64,000 nt of DNA, from assembly GCA_964035575.1 (NCBI GenBank), contig OZ037833.1:496001-560000 (forward strand), written 5' to 3'. This DNA is from Rhynchopus sp. YZ270_cl-10. Lineage: Eukaryota. Made by a program: the position numbers and the translations under genes. The notes under the pieces are model-generated. The model saw only the letters and a program-made list of their open reading frames with translations. It was not told the origin of the DNA and searched no databases. Of this stretch, positions 21,640 to 32,500 are shown one piece after another. The stretch's first letter is position 1, and every line of letters begins with the position of its first letter.

Positions 21640-24378
21640 TCATTGCTGTCGGGCCTTGAGGAGGGTGATATCTTCTACAGCTGCCTTTAACTGTTCATTT
21701 GATCTGTTTTGTGCACTTTGCAGACGTGTCACGAGGGCTGTCAGCTTTTTTTTGTCAGCCTCGAGGCGTTCCGCACGCGACTGCAGACGCGCGCTTTCAA
21801 TCCTCTCTGAGGTGAGCTCGTCATGCAGGGTGTCGCACCTTGTGTACACCCCTTCCCGCTTGCTGGTCAGCGCCTCTACGTGCTGGGTCAGCTTCCGCAG
21901 GGCTGCGGCGTGCTTTACCCCTTCCTCCGAACGCTGTGACTCCAACGCCTCCAATCTTGCCTTCAAACACGCCACCTCCGCATCCTTCACCCCCGGAGAC
22001 CCGAGAGGCGCAACCACAGAAGCCGTCCCTCCCCTCACGTACCCCTTTAAACAAAGATACCCCTTCAGCAGCACGACCCGTCTTGTTGCTTCTGACAGCA
22101 TCGTGGTGCCGCTGTGCAGCCGCTTCCTCCTCGAGGAGAAGCGACGCCAGAGGTAGAACGATCGCATCCGTTTGGACCGTTCCGCGGAGGTGCTGAGTTG
22201 CTGCAGGGCGCGGAGGGTGGGGACGTTGCCTCCGACCGATGTTTTGAGGGACAGTGCGTCGCGCTCAGCTTCCACTGCGGAGAGACGCCCCAGAGCGGCG
22301 CTCAAAGTGTCCACTGTGGTACGGTGTTGTGCCGCCCTTCCCTCCAATAGCCGTACCGTGGCAACATGCCGGTCACGTGCCCTCGCAGCTTCTCTTGCTT
22401 CGATATGACACAGTGCAGTCTCCGCCACCGCCTGATCTCTCTCTGCACGCACCTCAGCTGCCTCTGCGGCAAGCACTTTACACCGTGATATTGCAGCGTT
22501 GTGCTGCAGTTCAGACTCAACCAGGGCCGTTCTGATGCGTTCAATGTCGAGAAGAGACACCGCTGGCTCGCTCTGCGGTGTCGGTGGAAGAGGAGGAGGA
22601 GGAGACCTCACCTTCTCTGGGGTCTGCGGCGGGCTGCGTATCACGCTATTAGGGGTCGAATTATTTGGAGGATTTGCCCCGCTCTGGACCCATCGAAGAA
22701 TATCGGTATCGCTCTGCGTCGCCCAACGCTTCCCACCCCGCTCGTGCATGGCAGTGATGATACCTGCCCTGAGGTCTCCGTAGCGTACTTCGACTAATGA
22801 ACACCGTTTGGTTGCTTCTGCGGAGGAGGCCTCGGCTGAGGCAGCGCGTTGTAGATGTGACAACGCTTCGTTTTGTATTGCACGGTGTGAAGCAGAGCAT
22901 GCCCGCAGCTCTTCTTCTGTTTCTTCCTTAGAGCGGAGTGCCTCTGTTAGCTTGGTTTGCGTCGTTTCGAGCGACGTAGTGGTAGCCTGCATTGCCACCG
23001 CACACCATGCAGGCGCAACTGCCGCCACATCACGATGACGAGACGGCCCCGTACTGTTTGGCGATGCGCACCACAGCTCATGGTCGTCCTGTACAATTGA
23101 AACCCTCGCTGCACACTGTATTGCCTCTTTATCTGCATCAACAGAAGCGAGTGGAAGCCTAGTGGAGTTGCTGTAGGCGATCATTTTGCCCTCTACACCT
23201 TCGTTCCCGACGGCCCAGATTTTGTTGTGTGTTGGGAGGAGCTGAATGCAGTCGAGGCTGTCATCCACAATAGTCAACACATCAAGCGTCAAGGCGCTCA
23301 GTGCAAGCACACCGTGATGTGGTATTCCGGTCAGCGCGGCCCACACCTCTCGTCCATTCTTCAGAATCGCAAGAGAGGCGACGTGCCCATCCAGCTTTGT
23401 CGTTAGCAGAGGGGTAGATCGATTGGTCCGCCACTTCGAAACCTGCCCGGCCCTGCCTCCTGCGAAGAAAGTCCCCCCCGTATGTTCAAACCCATCGCCC
23501 CCTTGCGACACTATACAGGTCAACGCCTCGTCCGTTGTGGGTTCATAGAAATCCTCAAAAACCTCGAGGCTTGGGAGTTCGCAATGCACTATACTGCCTA
23601 CTTCGGCACAGCTCAAGAGGCCTTGCGTTATGCTTTGGTCTGCCCGCCATATTGAATGCACGCACGCAGAGGTGACAGCCCCACGGTGAAGTCGTTGGGA
23701 TTGCGCAAGACGGTGCCCGGTTCCTGCGTCCAGCACATCGACTCCGCCGTTTACGTACAAAACTACCATACACGGAGGACCACACTGCGCTGCAAACACC
23801 ATTCCTGTGACCCGGCTCTCAGATTTTCGCTCCACATCAAGCGTGATTACCCCAAAACGGAGGCCGTCCTTTTCATGGATCGCGACAGTGCCATCTTCAT
23901 GCGCGCACCATACTGTTGTATCTGCAGACGCGATGCAGCACACAGGGCTTTCCGAGGACGCCATTTTGTCTCGATTTTGCTCTGGATGCACCCATTTTTG
24001 ATGTCTCTTTCGGATAATCCGGGCAGCAGGTGCAGCAGGGGGAGGGGGAGGAGGGGGGGTTCTTGGAAGTGCAGCCTCCGTCGTAGTATTAGACACTTCA
24101 GTGGTCCCACCACGGCTTCGCTCCCAAAGCACATTATGGAGGGAACGAAGCTCCGCCCTCAGAACGTCGTTCTCCTGCTGGCTCGATGCCACCATGCCAG
24201 CCAGGTCTGCAACGTTGCGTGCAGGGCGGGGGCCACCTGAGGCCTGCGGCGTTGTGCTGTGCCTCCCCGTGGTTGCCTTCATGCGTGGTGTGCTCTTGGG
24301 TGCAGTAGCAGAGGGAGTGGGTGTTGTGCTGCCATGTGTCCTTGGTGTTGACGACGCATTTCGTTCGCGTGGTCGCAT
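21640..24378 (-). CDS. Beta-propeller (WD40-like) + coiled-coil protein (~912 aa)
   Basis: Long ORF; propeller-like blades (TTVWCAHEDGTVAIH, FFAGGRAGQVSKW), Pro-rich linkers, long heptad C-terminus; first ATG at 24378. Confidence 0.85.
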   Translation of the reverse strand: MRPRERNASSTPRTHGSTTPTPSATAPKSTPRMKATTGRHSTTPQASGGPRPARNVADLAGMVASSQQENDVLRAELRSLHNVLWERSRGGTTEVSNTTTEAALPRTPPPPPPPAAPAARIIRKRHQKWVHPEQNRDKMASSESPVCCIASADTTVWCAHEDGTVAIHEKDGLRFGVITLDVERKSESRVTGMVFAAQCGPPCMVVLYVNGGVDVLDAGTGHRLAQSQRLHRGAVTSACVHSIWRADQSITQGLLSCAEVGSIVHCELPSLEVFEDFYEPTTDEALTCIVSQGGDGFEHTGGTFFAGGRAGQVSKWRTNRSTPLLTTKLDGHVASLAILKNGREVWAALTGIPHHGVLALSALTLDVLTIVDDSLDCIQLLPTHNKIWAVGNEGVEGKMIAYSNSTRLPLASVDADKEAIQCAARVSIVQDDHELWCASPNSTGPSRHRDVAAVAPAWCAVAMQATTTSLETTQTKLTEALRSKEETEEELRACSASHRAIQNEALSHLQRAASAEASSAEATKRCSLVEVRYGDLRAGIITAMHERGGKRWATQSDTDILRWVQSGANPPNNSTPNSVIRSPPQTPEKVRSPPPPLPPTPQSEPAVSLLDIERIRTALVESELQHNAAISRCKVLAAEAAEVRAERDQAVAETALCHIEAREAARARDRHVATVRLLEGRAAQHRTTVDTLSAALGRLSAVEAERDALSLKTSVGGNVPTLRALQQLSTSAERSKRMRSFYLWRRFSSRRKRLHSGTTMLSEATRRVVLLKGYLCLKGYVRGGTASVVAPLGSPGVKDAEVACLKARLEALESQRSEEGVKHAAALRKLTQHVEALTSKREGVYTRCDTLHDELTSERIESARLQSRAERLEADKKKLTALVTRLQSAQNRSNEQLKAAVEDITLLKARQQ

Positions 24379-24493
24379 TGTGTGTGAAGGAGGTGAAGGA
24401 GGGCTAGGGGGGTGTGCTCCTAAAGGGGTGAAAACGTGGTTGAGTGAGCGGAACAATTGGGTGGTGGAAAAAAAAAAAAACGAAAAGTTTATA

Positions 24494-24526
24494 AGATGAT
24501 CCTAAGCCTCTCGTGCTTAGTCACCT
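24494..24526 (-). other. 33-nt dispersed hairpin AGGTGACTAAGCACGAGAGGCTTAGGNTCATCT followed by a T-rich tract (copies near 14866, 15896, 28909, 42839, 58140; partials near 14646, 14801, 28552, 58657)
   Basis: Repeated sequence read directly; self-complementary; every copy in the same orientation. Confidence 0.85.
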
Positions 24527-25621
24527 TATCATATTGGGGAGGAGGATTTGGTGTTATGTTACTTTGAAAAATACCAAAAAGGGTGATAGTTGAATTATCT
24601 TGTATTTTGAGGTGGAAGTGGGAGATGAAAAAAAAAAAACAATGAATGCAGACAACTTCGTCTGGAGACTTTGCAACCCCTTAGCAGAGGAAGGCATATA
24701 CCCTCCGACGACAGTTTTGCAGCAGAATTTTCTGCTGAATTGTCGCAAAAAATATGTCTCTCCTGAAAACGCAGCGTGAGGGTGAGGGTGAGGTCACCTC
24801 ACACACAACAGAGAGAGAGAATACTTCAATCTAATCAAAAGAGACAATAAAATGAAAATCGTAGTTGCTGATGCAGGCGTGTACGATACCAGCCATCCGG
24901 ATGAAAGCAGAAGTACCCTGCGGCCTACAACAGTAGATGTAAAAAGAAAATAGTGGGGGGGGGGGGGGGGGTCGCCTCAGGAAGCGTCACCTTCATCAAA
25001 AGCAGAGAGAAGTTGATAGTGCAAACTCCTATTACGAACGGCAAAAAGGGGGGCGAAAAAAAAAGAAACAAAAATGGGGGTTCAACACATCGTGAGGTGA
25101 GCAGTTAGGTGTGGACACCTCAACGGATGCAGGCTCAAAGCAAATAATAGTTGGCAAGATCAACCTACCTCTGGTGCTTACAAATAAAGAATCATGGAAA
25201 GCAGCAGACAACACAACAGGTACAAAGAGAGAGAAAACGCACCCTTTGTGCAGAGCTGCTATGGGTAAAGGAAAAATAATTAACAAAAAGCAACACAAAT
25301 GTGTGCTTGCATCGTACAGAACGCGTCACGTCGCACCCGTTGGGAGTGCGCCACGTAAGCAGATTTACATACGAACAAACACAAATGATGAATGGGGGAA
25401 ATCAGTGAGGGGGAAAAGAAAGAAAGCCGCCCACAAAGAGAAACCATACTACCGACCCCACGAGATTGCTACATCGAAGTGGGGCACAGAAGGTTGCTGT
25501 GCCAAATGATGCAGGTGGTGTCCTGTCATAGTTATCATAAGGTCTTTGCAAAACGGGGTCAACAATAGAGAAACAAAAATACAGTATTGTGGAATGTGGT
25601 AGTCACAGCACGTAACATCGT

Positions 25622-28069
25622 CTACAGGTTCCACAGAAGCAGTGTGCCGTCGTGGCTTGCTGTGGCAAGGCGTGTGCTGTCAGGTGAGAACGCGAGGCGC
25701 GGGAGCCCTGCACGCGTGTGCCCGTAGAGCTGGTGTGCCACACTCCCAGCCGCATGCCACACCGTCGCCTCACCCTCCCCGACAGCAGCAAGCAGTGCCC
25801 CGTTTGGCGAGTGCCGAGCGTCAAACACAGTCTTCGTCTGCGTCTCAAGCACAAGGCGCTCCGTCACCGCACCCTCGCCCACAGCCCCGCCATCCCACGT
25901 GCTCACACGTACCGTCCCGTCGTCCATCCCACGCAACAGCTCGTCACCAGACGCAGAGAACGACAGTCCCGTCACACGTGCAAACTGCGACGGCAGCTCC
26001 GCCACCTTGGCACCGTTCTGCACACGCCACACCGTCACAACCTCGTCCACCTCCGTGCCCCACGATGTGGCCAGCAGCGCCCCGTCTGCAGAGAACGCCA
26101 CCTCGCGTGCGTGCTTGTGGATCACAATCTCCTGCTCCACCGGTGATGCCATGTTGTACACCCGTGTGTACACATCGCTGCCACCACCGCTCGCCACAAG
26201 GAAGCGTGCATCTGGTGTGAAGCGCACACGGCGCACCGGCACACTCCCCACCGCACGCATGTCCATCAGCGTCACGAGTGCGCCCGTCACAGCATCGCAC
26301 ACAACAACACGCCCACCGGCACCACCCACAGCAACGCGTGCTCCGTCGCTCGAGAACGTCACGTCGTACGACGCAAAGTCCGCGCACGCCAGCTTCGCCA
26401 CCTGCACCCCAGTCGTGCTGTCGTACACACGCACCCCGTCGTCGCTCCCTGTTGCAACACGGCTCCCGTCTGCAGAGAACCCAACAGCCAGGAGGCGGCC
26501 AGACTGCACCACACGCCATGCACACTCACGTGACGCTGTCGCCTCGCATGTGAGGGGTGCCGTGTCTGGGGCAGTGCACTGTGTGGGTGCAGGTGTGTCT
26601 GGGACTGGTGTGGGTACAATAGTGGGTGAAGATGTCGGTGGAGAAGTGGGTGCAGATGTCTCAGGTGCGGGGGTGTGTGGTGCAGGTGTTGTTGGTGGGT
26701 TGGTAGGAGGTGCATTTGTTGGTGGTGCAGCGGTGTCAGGTGCCGATGTTTCCGGTGGATTTGTTGGTGTGGGAGGTGCATTAGTGGCAGGTACTGCTGT
26801 AGGTGAGTATGAGGGTGCATAGGTGGGTGACGTAGTAGGTGGAGACGTGGGTGGAGACGTGGGTGCAGGTGTGGGCATTGATGTATCAGATGCAGGGGTG
26901 GCTGGTGGGTTTGTAGGAGGTGGTGGTGCTTGCGTACGAGGGGCGGGTGTTGGTGCTAAACAACTTCCGTAGTTCGAGCCCTCCTGCCAATTTCCCATAC
27001 TATCACAGACAATGGATCCTCTACCAACCAAACTCGATGCCAGACAACTAAACTCGCACTCTGTGCCAACAGCTGTGAACCGTGTGCACGGAGGCAACAA
27101 ACCGTAAACTTGACCAGAAATGTCATCGTTGTTCGAAAGACGGTAGTCTGGCAGTGCGCAGGTCTGTGCCACACATGAGAACGATGTGGACCAGTCGGCA
27201 GAGGTGCTGTCCATCGGGTCCTCCTCACACACAAGGTCACCCACAGGCAGGTAGCCGTCCTCGCACTGCACGTTGCAGAGCGTCCCTGCAGTAATGTTGT
27301 GCACTGCCCCGTTGCACTGCAGCAGCGAGTCCGGCACCACGTGTGCGGGCACGTCGGGCTGCGTTGTGCACATAGCACTCCCCACAGCGACATTCAGCGG
27401 CAGGAAGAATCGGCGTGATTGAGACATCGAGCATGGGTCGTGCAGGTCGTCCCCGAAGCCTGCTTTCAAATCCTCCTCAATACTCACGAAATCCAGGACC
27501 CGGGTGTACACCTCGTACACGCCCGACACGGGCAGGGTCACTGCCACAGAGTACCACGCGGTGATCGTCGCAACCTCCCGCTGCTCCGTTAGGCATGTGT
27601 GAGGTGTCTCGGACCCGGTGCGCCCGACTGCGTACAGCTCGACGCTGCCTGCGTCGTAGCAGGTCAGGGTGCTGTCTGCGGGGTATGCATTCGAAGGGCT
27701 GTTTGCCGCAATCGTGTCTGCGAGATCCGACACCGTCAGCCCTGCAGACGACACGGGTGTGTCAAGCTCATACCTCTGTGTGAAGTACACCTCTGCAGGC
27801 GTTCCGCTTGTCGCCCGTAAGATGACTCTGTCAGTGAAGACGATCTTGTCGCGTTTGTCGCGCTTGTCGTAGGGGTAGAGGTTACCAGGGTCGATGCCAT
27901 CGGTGTCGATAACCACACCACCACCAGCATCAGCATCCCTGTGTGTCGCAATCCACAACCGCACTGTGCCCGGCTCCGACACAGCTGTGGACGAACACAC
28001 CCCCACATTGATTGCCTCCACACAGCACGCAAACGCTGCTGCGCACAGCTGCAGGACTGGCAGCTTCAT
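25622..28069 (-). CDS. Secreted protein: signal peptide, Cys-rich (Sushi/CCP-like) modules, Pro/Thr mucin stalk, C-terminal WD40 propeller (paralog W1)
   Basis: MKLPVLQLCAAAFACCVEA signal-like start; CNVQCEDGY..GDLVC and CEFSC..GSIVC..GNW modules; PT-rich tract; AFSPDSTRLATASHDGTLLLWNL. Confidence 0.88.
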   Translation of the reverse strand: MKLPVLQLCAAAFACCVEAINVGVCSSTAVSEPGTVRLWIATHRDADAGGGVVIDTDGIDPGNLYPYDKRDKRDKIVFTDRVILRATSGTPAEVYFTQRYELDTPVSSAGLTVSDLADTIAANSPSNAYPADSTLTCYDAGSVELYAVGRTGSETPHTCLTEQREVATITAWYSVAVTLPVSGVYEVYTRVLDFVSIEEDLKAGFGDDLHDPCSMSQSRRFFLPLNVAVGSAMCTTQPDVPAHVVPDSLLQCNGAVHNITAGTLCNVQCEDGYLPVGDLVCEEDPMDSTSADWSTSFSCVAQTCALPDYRLSNNDDISGQVYGLLPPCTRFTAVGTECEFSCLASSLVGRGSIVCDSMGNWQEGSNYGSCLAPTPAPRTQAPPPPTNPPATPASDTSMPTPAPTSPPTSPPTTSPTYAPSYSPTAVPATNAPPTPTNPPETSAPDTAAPPTNAPPTNPPTTPAPHTPAPETSAPTSPPTSSPTIVPTPVPDTPAPTQCTAPDTAPLTCEATASRECAWRVVQSGRLLAVGFSADGSRVATGSDDGVRVYDSTTGVQVAKLACADFASYDVTFSSDGARVAVGGAGGRVVVCDAVTGALVTLMDMRAVGSVPVRRVRFTPDARFLVASGGGSDVYTRVYNMASPVEQEIVIHKHAREVAFSADGALLATSWGTEVDEVVTVWRVQNGAKVAELPSQFARVTGLSFSASGDELLRGMDDGTVRVSTWDGGAVGEGAVTERLVLETQTKTVFDARHSPNGALLAAVGEGEATVWHAAGSVAHQLYGHTRAGLPRLAFSPDSTRLATASHDGTLLLWNL

Positions 28070-28759
28070 GTTCGGTTGCCGAATAAAATATAATCTGTGT
28101 GATAGTTGGGAATAATAAGGGGGACTGTCAGAGAGAAAGTGAGGCAGATGTGCCGAATCCATTCCTGTCGTGTCTTGTATATACTTCAAAATCCTCAACA
28201 ATTTGAATACACAGCTGAATTGTCGTGCAATTTGACATACGTGGGAGGGGAGAGGGATACGAGCAATGAATGCAGACTACCTCGTCTGGAGACTTTCCAC
28301 CCCCTCCGCAAGAAGGGGGCGCACCCCTCAGACAACTGTTTTGCAGCAGAATTTTCTGCTGAATTGTCGCAAAAACATGTCTCCTGAAAACGCAGCGTGA
28401 GGGTGAGGGTGAGGTCACCTCACACAAGAGAGAAAGAGAGAACACTTCACCGATCAAAAGAGACAATAAAAATGAATAGCCAGCGAGATGAAAGCACTTC
28501 AATCTTCGGCACCTTGAAAGAACGAAATTATTTTTGTTATTATTTTTGCACGATGAACCTAAGCTTCACGTTGAAAATCTTGCCTTACACATTCTGTTCA
28601 TTCTAAAAACGGGGGGGATTGAAAAGTTAGAACACTTCCTCCCACATCACACATTTATCACAAGTGTCATGTCCCCGAAGAACAGAACAGCTATTTCCAA
28701 TTGTCTAGCAATCGGCATTACATACACAGAGTACGATTAACGCTGTGCAAAGACATATC

Positions 28760-29163
28760 AGTCGCTGTCACGAAAAGTGTCACTTGGAGGTGTTTCTTCA
28801 CAGGTCACCGAAAACGTCAAAAAAAAAAAAATATAGTGGAGTTCATCCTCGGGTGTCTGCACTAATACAACCAAGTTTTCAAAAAAAAAAAAAAAAAAAA
28901 AGTTTAAAAGATGAACCTAAGCCTCTCGTGCTTAGTCACCTTAAAAAAATTTACAAAATCCCCAATTTGGGCTTTTTTGGAGCCCAAAAGCACTCTCTCG
29001 CACCTGCCTCGGTGTGTAAATTTTTCTCAAAAGATCTTGAAAATGGGCTTAAATGCATTTCCGAGCTCGCGGCTTTCCACTATAAAAAACATCGACAAAA
29101 AAGACCAAAATTTTGGCCATTAACAGGTAGTCCACGCTAAGTACACTTTTCGTGACAGCGACT
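28760..29163. mobile_element. ~400-bp TIR element
   Basis: AGTCGCTGTCACGAAAAGTGT ... ACACTTTTCGTGACAGCGACT; TSD not resolved. Confidence 0.7.
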
Positions 29164-29194
29164 AAAATCTACGAATAATGATATTTCTTTTTAC

Positions 29195-29377
29195 CGACCC
29201 TCCCCCGTGAAATTGTCCCCCCCAAAAAACCGGTACTCTGCCGCCAGGGACAATTTCAAGGGAGTCGCGGAGACATCCTTTGCTACCTTCTTCGCACCAA
29301 AACGGCCACCCACCCTACACTACGAGAAATTGTCTAGAAATTGTGAGGGAGGGACAACTTCACCGGGGAGGGTCGGT
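29195..29377. mobile_element. MITE with CCGACCCTCCC TIR and TA flanks (second copy 44669-44940)
   Basis: TA|CCGACCCTCCCCCGTGAAATTGTCC ... GGGAGGGTCGG|TA in both copies; GAAATTGTCCCCC subrepeats. Confidence 0.8.
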
Positions 29378-29574
29378 ATATTCGTTTTTTTCTTGGCATC
29401 CTTGGAGTCAGAGGGCAGCCTGCCTCTGTGCCAGGCCCTAACAACTCACAAAACAACGAAAAACTACAAAACACAACGACAACAACAACAACCTGGTACG
29501 CACCTCATATAAAAATTTTAAAAAAAACCCCCCCGACAGTATTATGATTGATGACAAAAGACACAAGAGTAGGC

Positions 29575-32500
29575 CTAAACATCGTCCGTTTGCAACAACC
29601 CTCTGTTCACAAGGCGCGCCCTCTTCGAGAAATGCAAGTATGCGAGGGCAATGACTCCCACTGCCAGCGCAATAGAAACAGACAGCAAAACGTACACGAG
29701 TGTGTTGTTGGATGATGACCCTCCTGGAGATGGAGTGGGAGGTGAAGAAGTGCTAGGTGTGGTAGGTGCAGGGGTGTCCACGTCGCTTCCATCAGGGAAG
29801 GCAATATGCATCATCAAATTTATGCACTTGTTAGCCCCTGTCAGTGCACAGTTGGACATTGTCCAGCAGCGGTGCAGACCACCCGCCGCAACACCTTCAT
29901 TAGTGCACGCCCACTCCTCAACAGGGCCGACAAATCCACAGTCACGCACATTCGACACACACGTGTGCATCTCACGTTTCAGCTCTTCAATTGCAGGTTT
30001 GCCCAGAGAACAGTACACAGAGTGGATACCTGCACACAGTGCCCGGTTACTCTGGCACTCGAACTCGTAACCACCATACTTGCACATGGTGCCAGGTGTG
30101 CCGCACAACTCATTATAGTTCTTGTAACAGAGTTCGTCCTGGCTGATGCCAACAGGAATGAGCTCCAACGGGACAAAGTTGTAGTTCCCACAGTCGTTGA
30201 CCACTGCAAGAATACACTGCAGCTGCTGCAGACACTCAGCAACGTTGCGCTCGTCACAGAACGTGTCATCCCCTTCGAAGCACAGCTTGCTGCCTTCATT
30301 GATGCACCCAGGGTTCGGAGCGTGGTTCAGAAACGGGACTTCAAAGTTTGAGTAGTACGGGAACAAGTTCTGCTCCACACCACAGGTGTACGTGACACCC
30401 ATGGCACAGGAAACTGCTGCCACTTGATACAAACCGCCACCATACGCTGCGTATTGGATGTAATCAATGGCGTCTGACCAGGACATTCCGCAGTAGCTGT
30501 ATGCTGTTTCGTCTGAGCAACGGTTGAACTCCTCGACTGGGTAGAATTCTATTTCCTCTCTTGTCTTGAAGTGCTCGACGGGCCAGATCTCACTCTCGAG
30601 GCATACGTTCATAGCGGTCATGATGCACTTTATCTGGTCAAGACAGTCGATTGGGTTGGTGCAGAAGCCACCCTCAGCATCCCATGGACACTTCTCGATA
30701 CGGTTGTACAAGCAGTCGTAAGCAACAGACGACTTCTCTGGTGTCTTCAACCCGGGCAGGTCGAACACATGCAGGTTCTTCGACACTGTGTGCTGCTGCA
30801 GGCACACAAGCCCATCCCGCATCACGACCCACCCCTTCTTCAGACAGGGCGGGTCCAGCAAGGTGCCACCGCAGTTCCAATCAGGCTTTGTTGTGTCCAG
30901 GCCTGCGTCCTTCATCGCCTGGTCCATGCACTGTGCAAAGACAAAGTCGTCATTCGTCTGTGGTGTGGTGGTGAAGTTGGTAGGACTACTTAAAGCTACA
31001 CTGGGAAGTCCACTGGGCGGTGCACTGGTAGGTCCGCTAGGCGTAGCTGTGCTAAGTGCAGGGGTGTCCACGTCGCTTCCATCAGGGAAGGCAATATGCA
31101 TCATCAAATTTATGCACTTGTTAGCCCCTGTCAGTGCACAGTTGGACATTATCCAGCAGCGGTGCAGGCCACCCGCCGCAACACCTTCATTAGTGCACGC
31201 CCACTCCTCAACAGGGCCGACAAATCCACAGTCACGCACATTCGACACACACGTGTGCATCTCACGTTTCAGCTCTTCAATTGCAGGTTTGCCCAGAGAA
31301 CAGTACACAGAGTGGATACCTGCACACAGTGCCCGGTTACTCTGGCACTCGAACTCGTAACCACCATACTTGCACATGGTGCCAGGTGTGCCGCACAAAG
31401 CATCATAGCTTTTGTAACAGAGTTCGTCTTGGCTGATGCCAACAGGAATGAGCTCCAACGGGACAAAGTTGTAGTTCCCACAGTCGTTGACCACTGCAAG
31501 AATACACTGCAGCTGCTGCAGACACTCAGCAACGTTGCGCTCGTCACAGAACGTGTCATCCCCTTCGAAGCACAGCTTGCTGCCTTCATTGATGCACCCA
31601 GGGTTCGGAGCGTGGTTCAGAAACGGGACTTCAAAGTTTGAGTAGTACGGGAACAAGTTCTGCTCCACACCACAGGTGTACGTGACACCCATGACGCAGG
31701 AAACTGCTGCCATTTGATCAAGACCGTCACCATGCGCTGCGTATTGGATGTAATCAATGGCGTCTGACCAGGACATTCCGCAGTAGCTGTATGCTGTTTC
31801 GTCTGAGCAACGGTTGAACTCCTCGACTGGGTAGAATTCTATTTCCTCTCTTGTCTTGAAGTGCTCGACGGGCCAGATCTCACTCTCGAGGCATACGTTC
31901 ATAGCGGTCATGATGCACTTTATCTGGTCAAGACAGTCGATTGGGTTGGCGCAGAAGCCACCCTCAGCATCCCATGGACACTTCTCGATACGGTTGTACA
32001 AGCAGTCGTAAGCAACAGACGACTTCTCTGGTGTCTTCAACCCGGGCAGGTCGAACACATGCAGGTTCTTCGACACTGTGTGCTGCTGCAGGCACACAAG
32101 CCCATCCCGCATCACGACCGACCCCTTCTTCAGACAGGGCGGGTCCAGCAAGGTGCCGCCGCAGTTCCAATCAGGCTTTGTTGTGTCCAGGCCTGCGTCC
32201 TTCATCGCCTGGTCCATGCACTGTGCAAAGTCAAAGTCGTCATTCGTCTGTGGTGTCTTAGTGAACGGACCACTGGGAGGTCCACTGGGCGGTGCACTGG
32301 TAGGTCCGCTAGGCGTAGGTGTGGTAGGTGCAGGGGTGTATACCTCGCTTCCATCAGGGAAGGCAATATGCATCATCAAATTTATGCACTTGTTAGCCCC
32401 TGTCAGTGCACAGTTGGACATTATCCAGCAGCGGTGCAGGCCACCCGCCGCAACACCTTCATTAGTGCACGCCCACTCCTCAACAGGGCCGACAAATCCA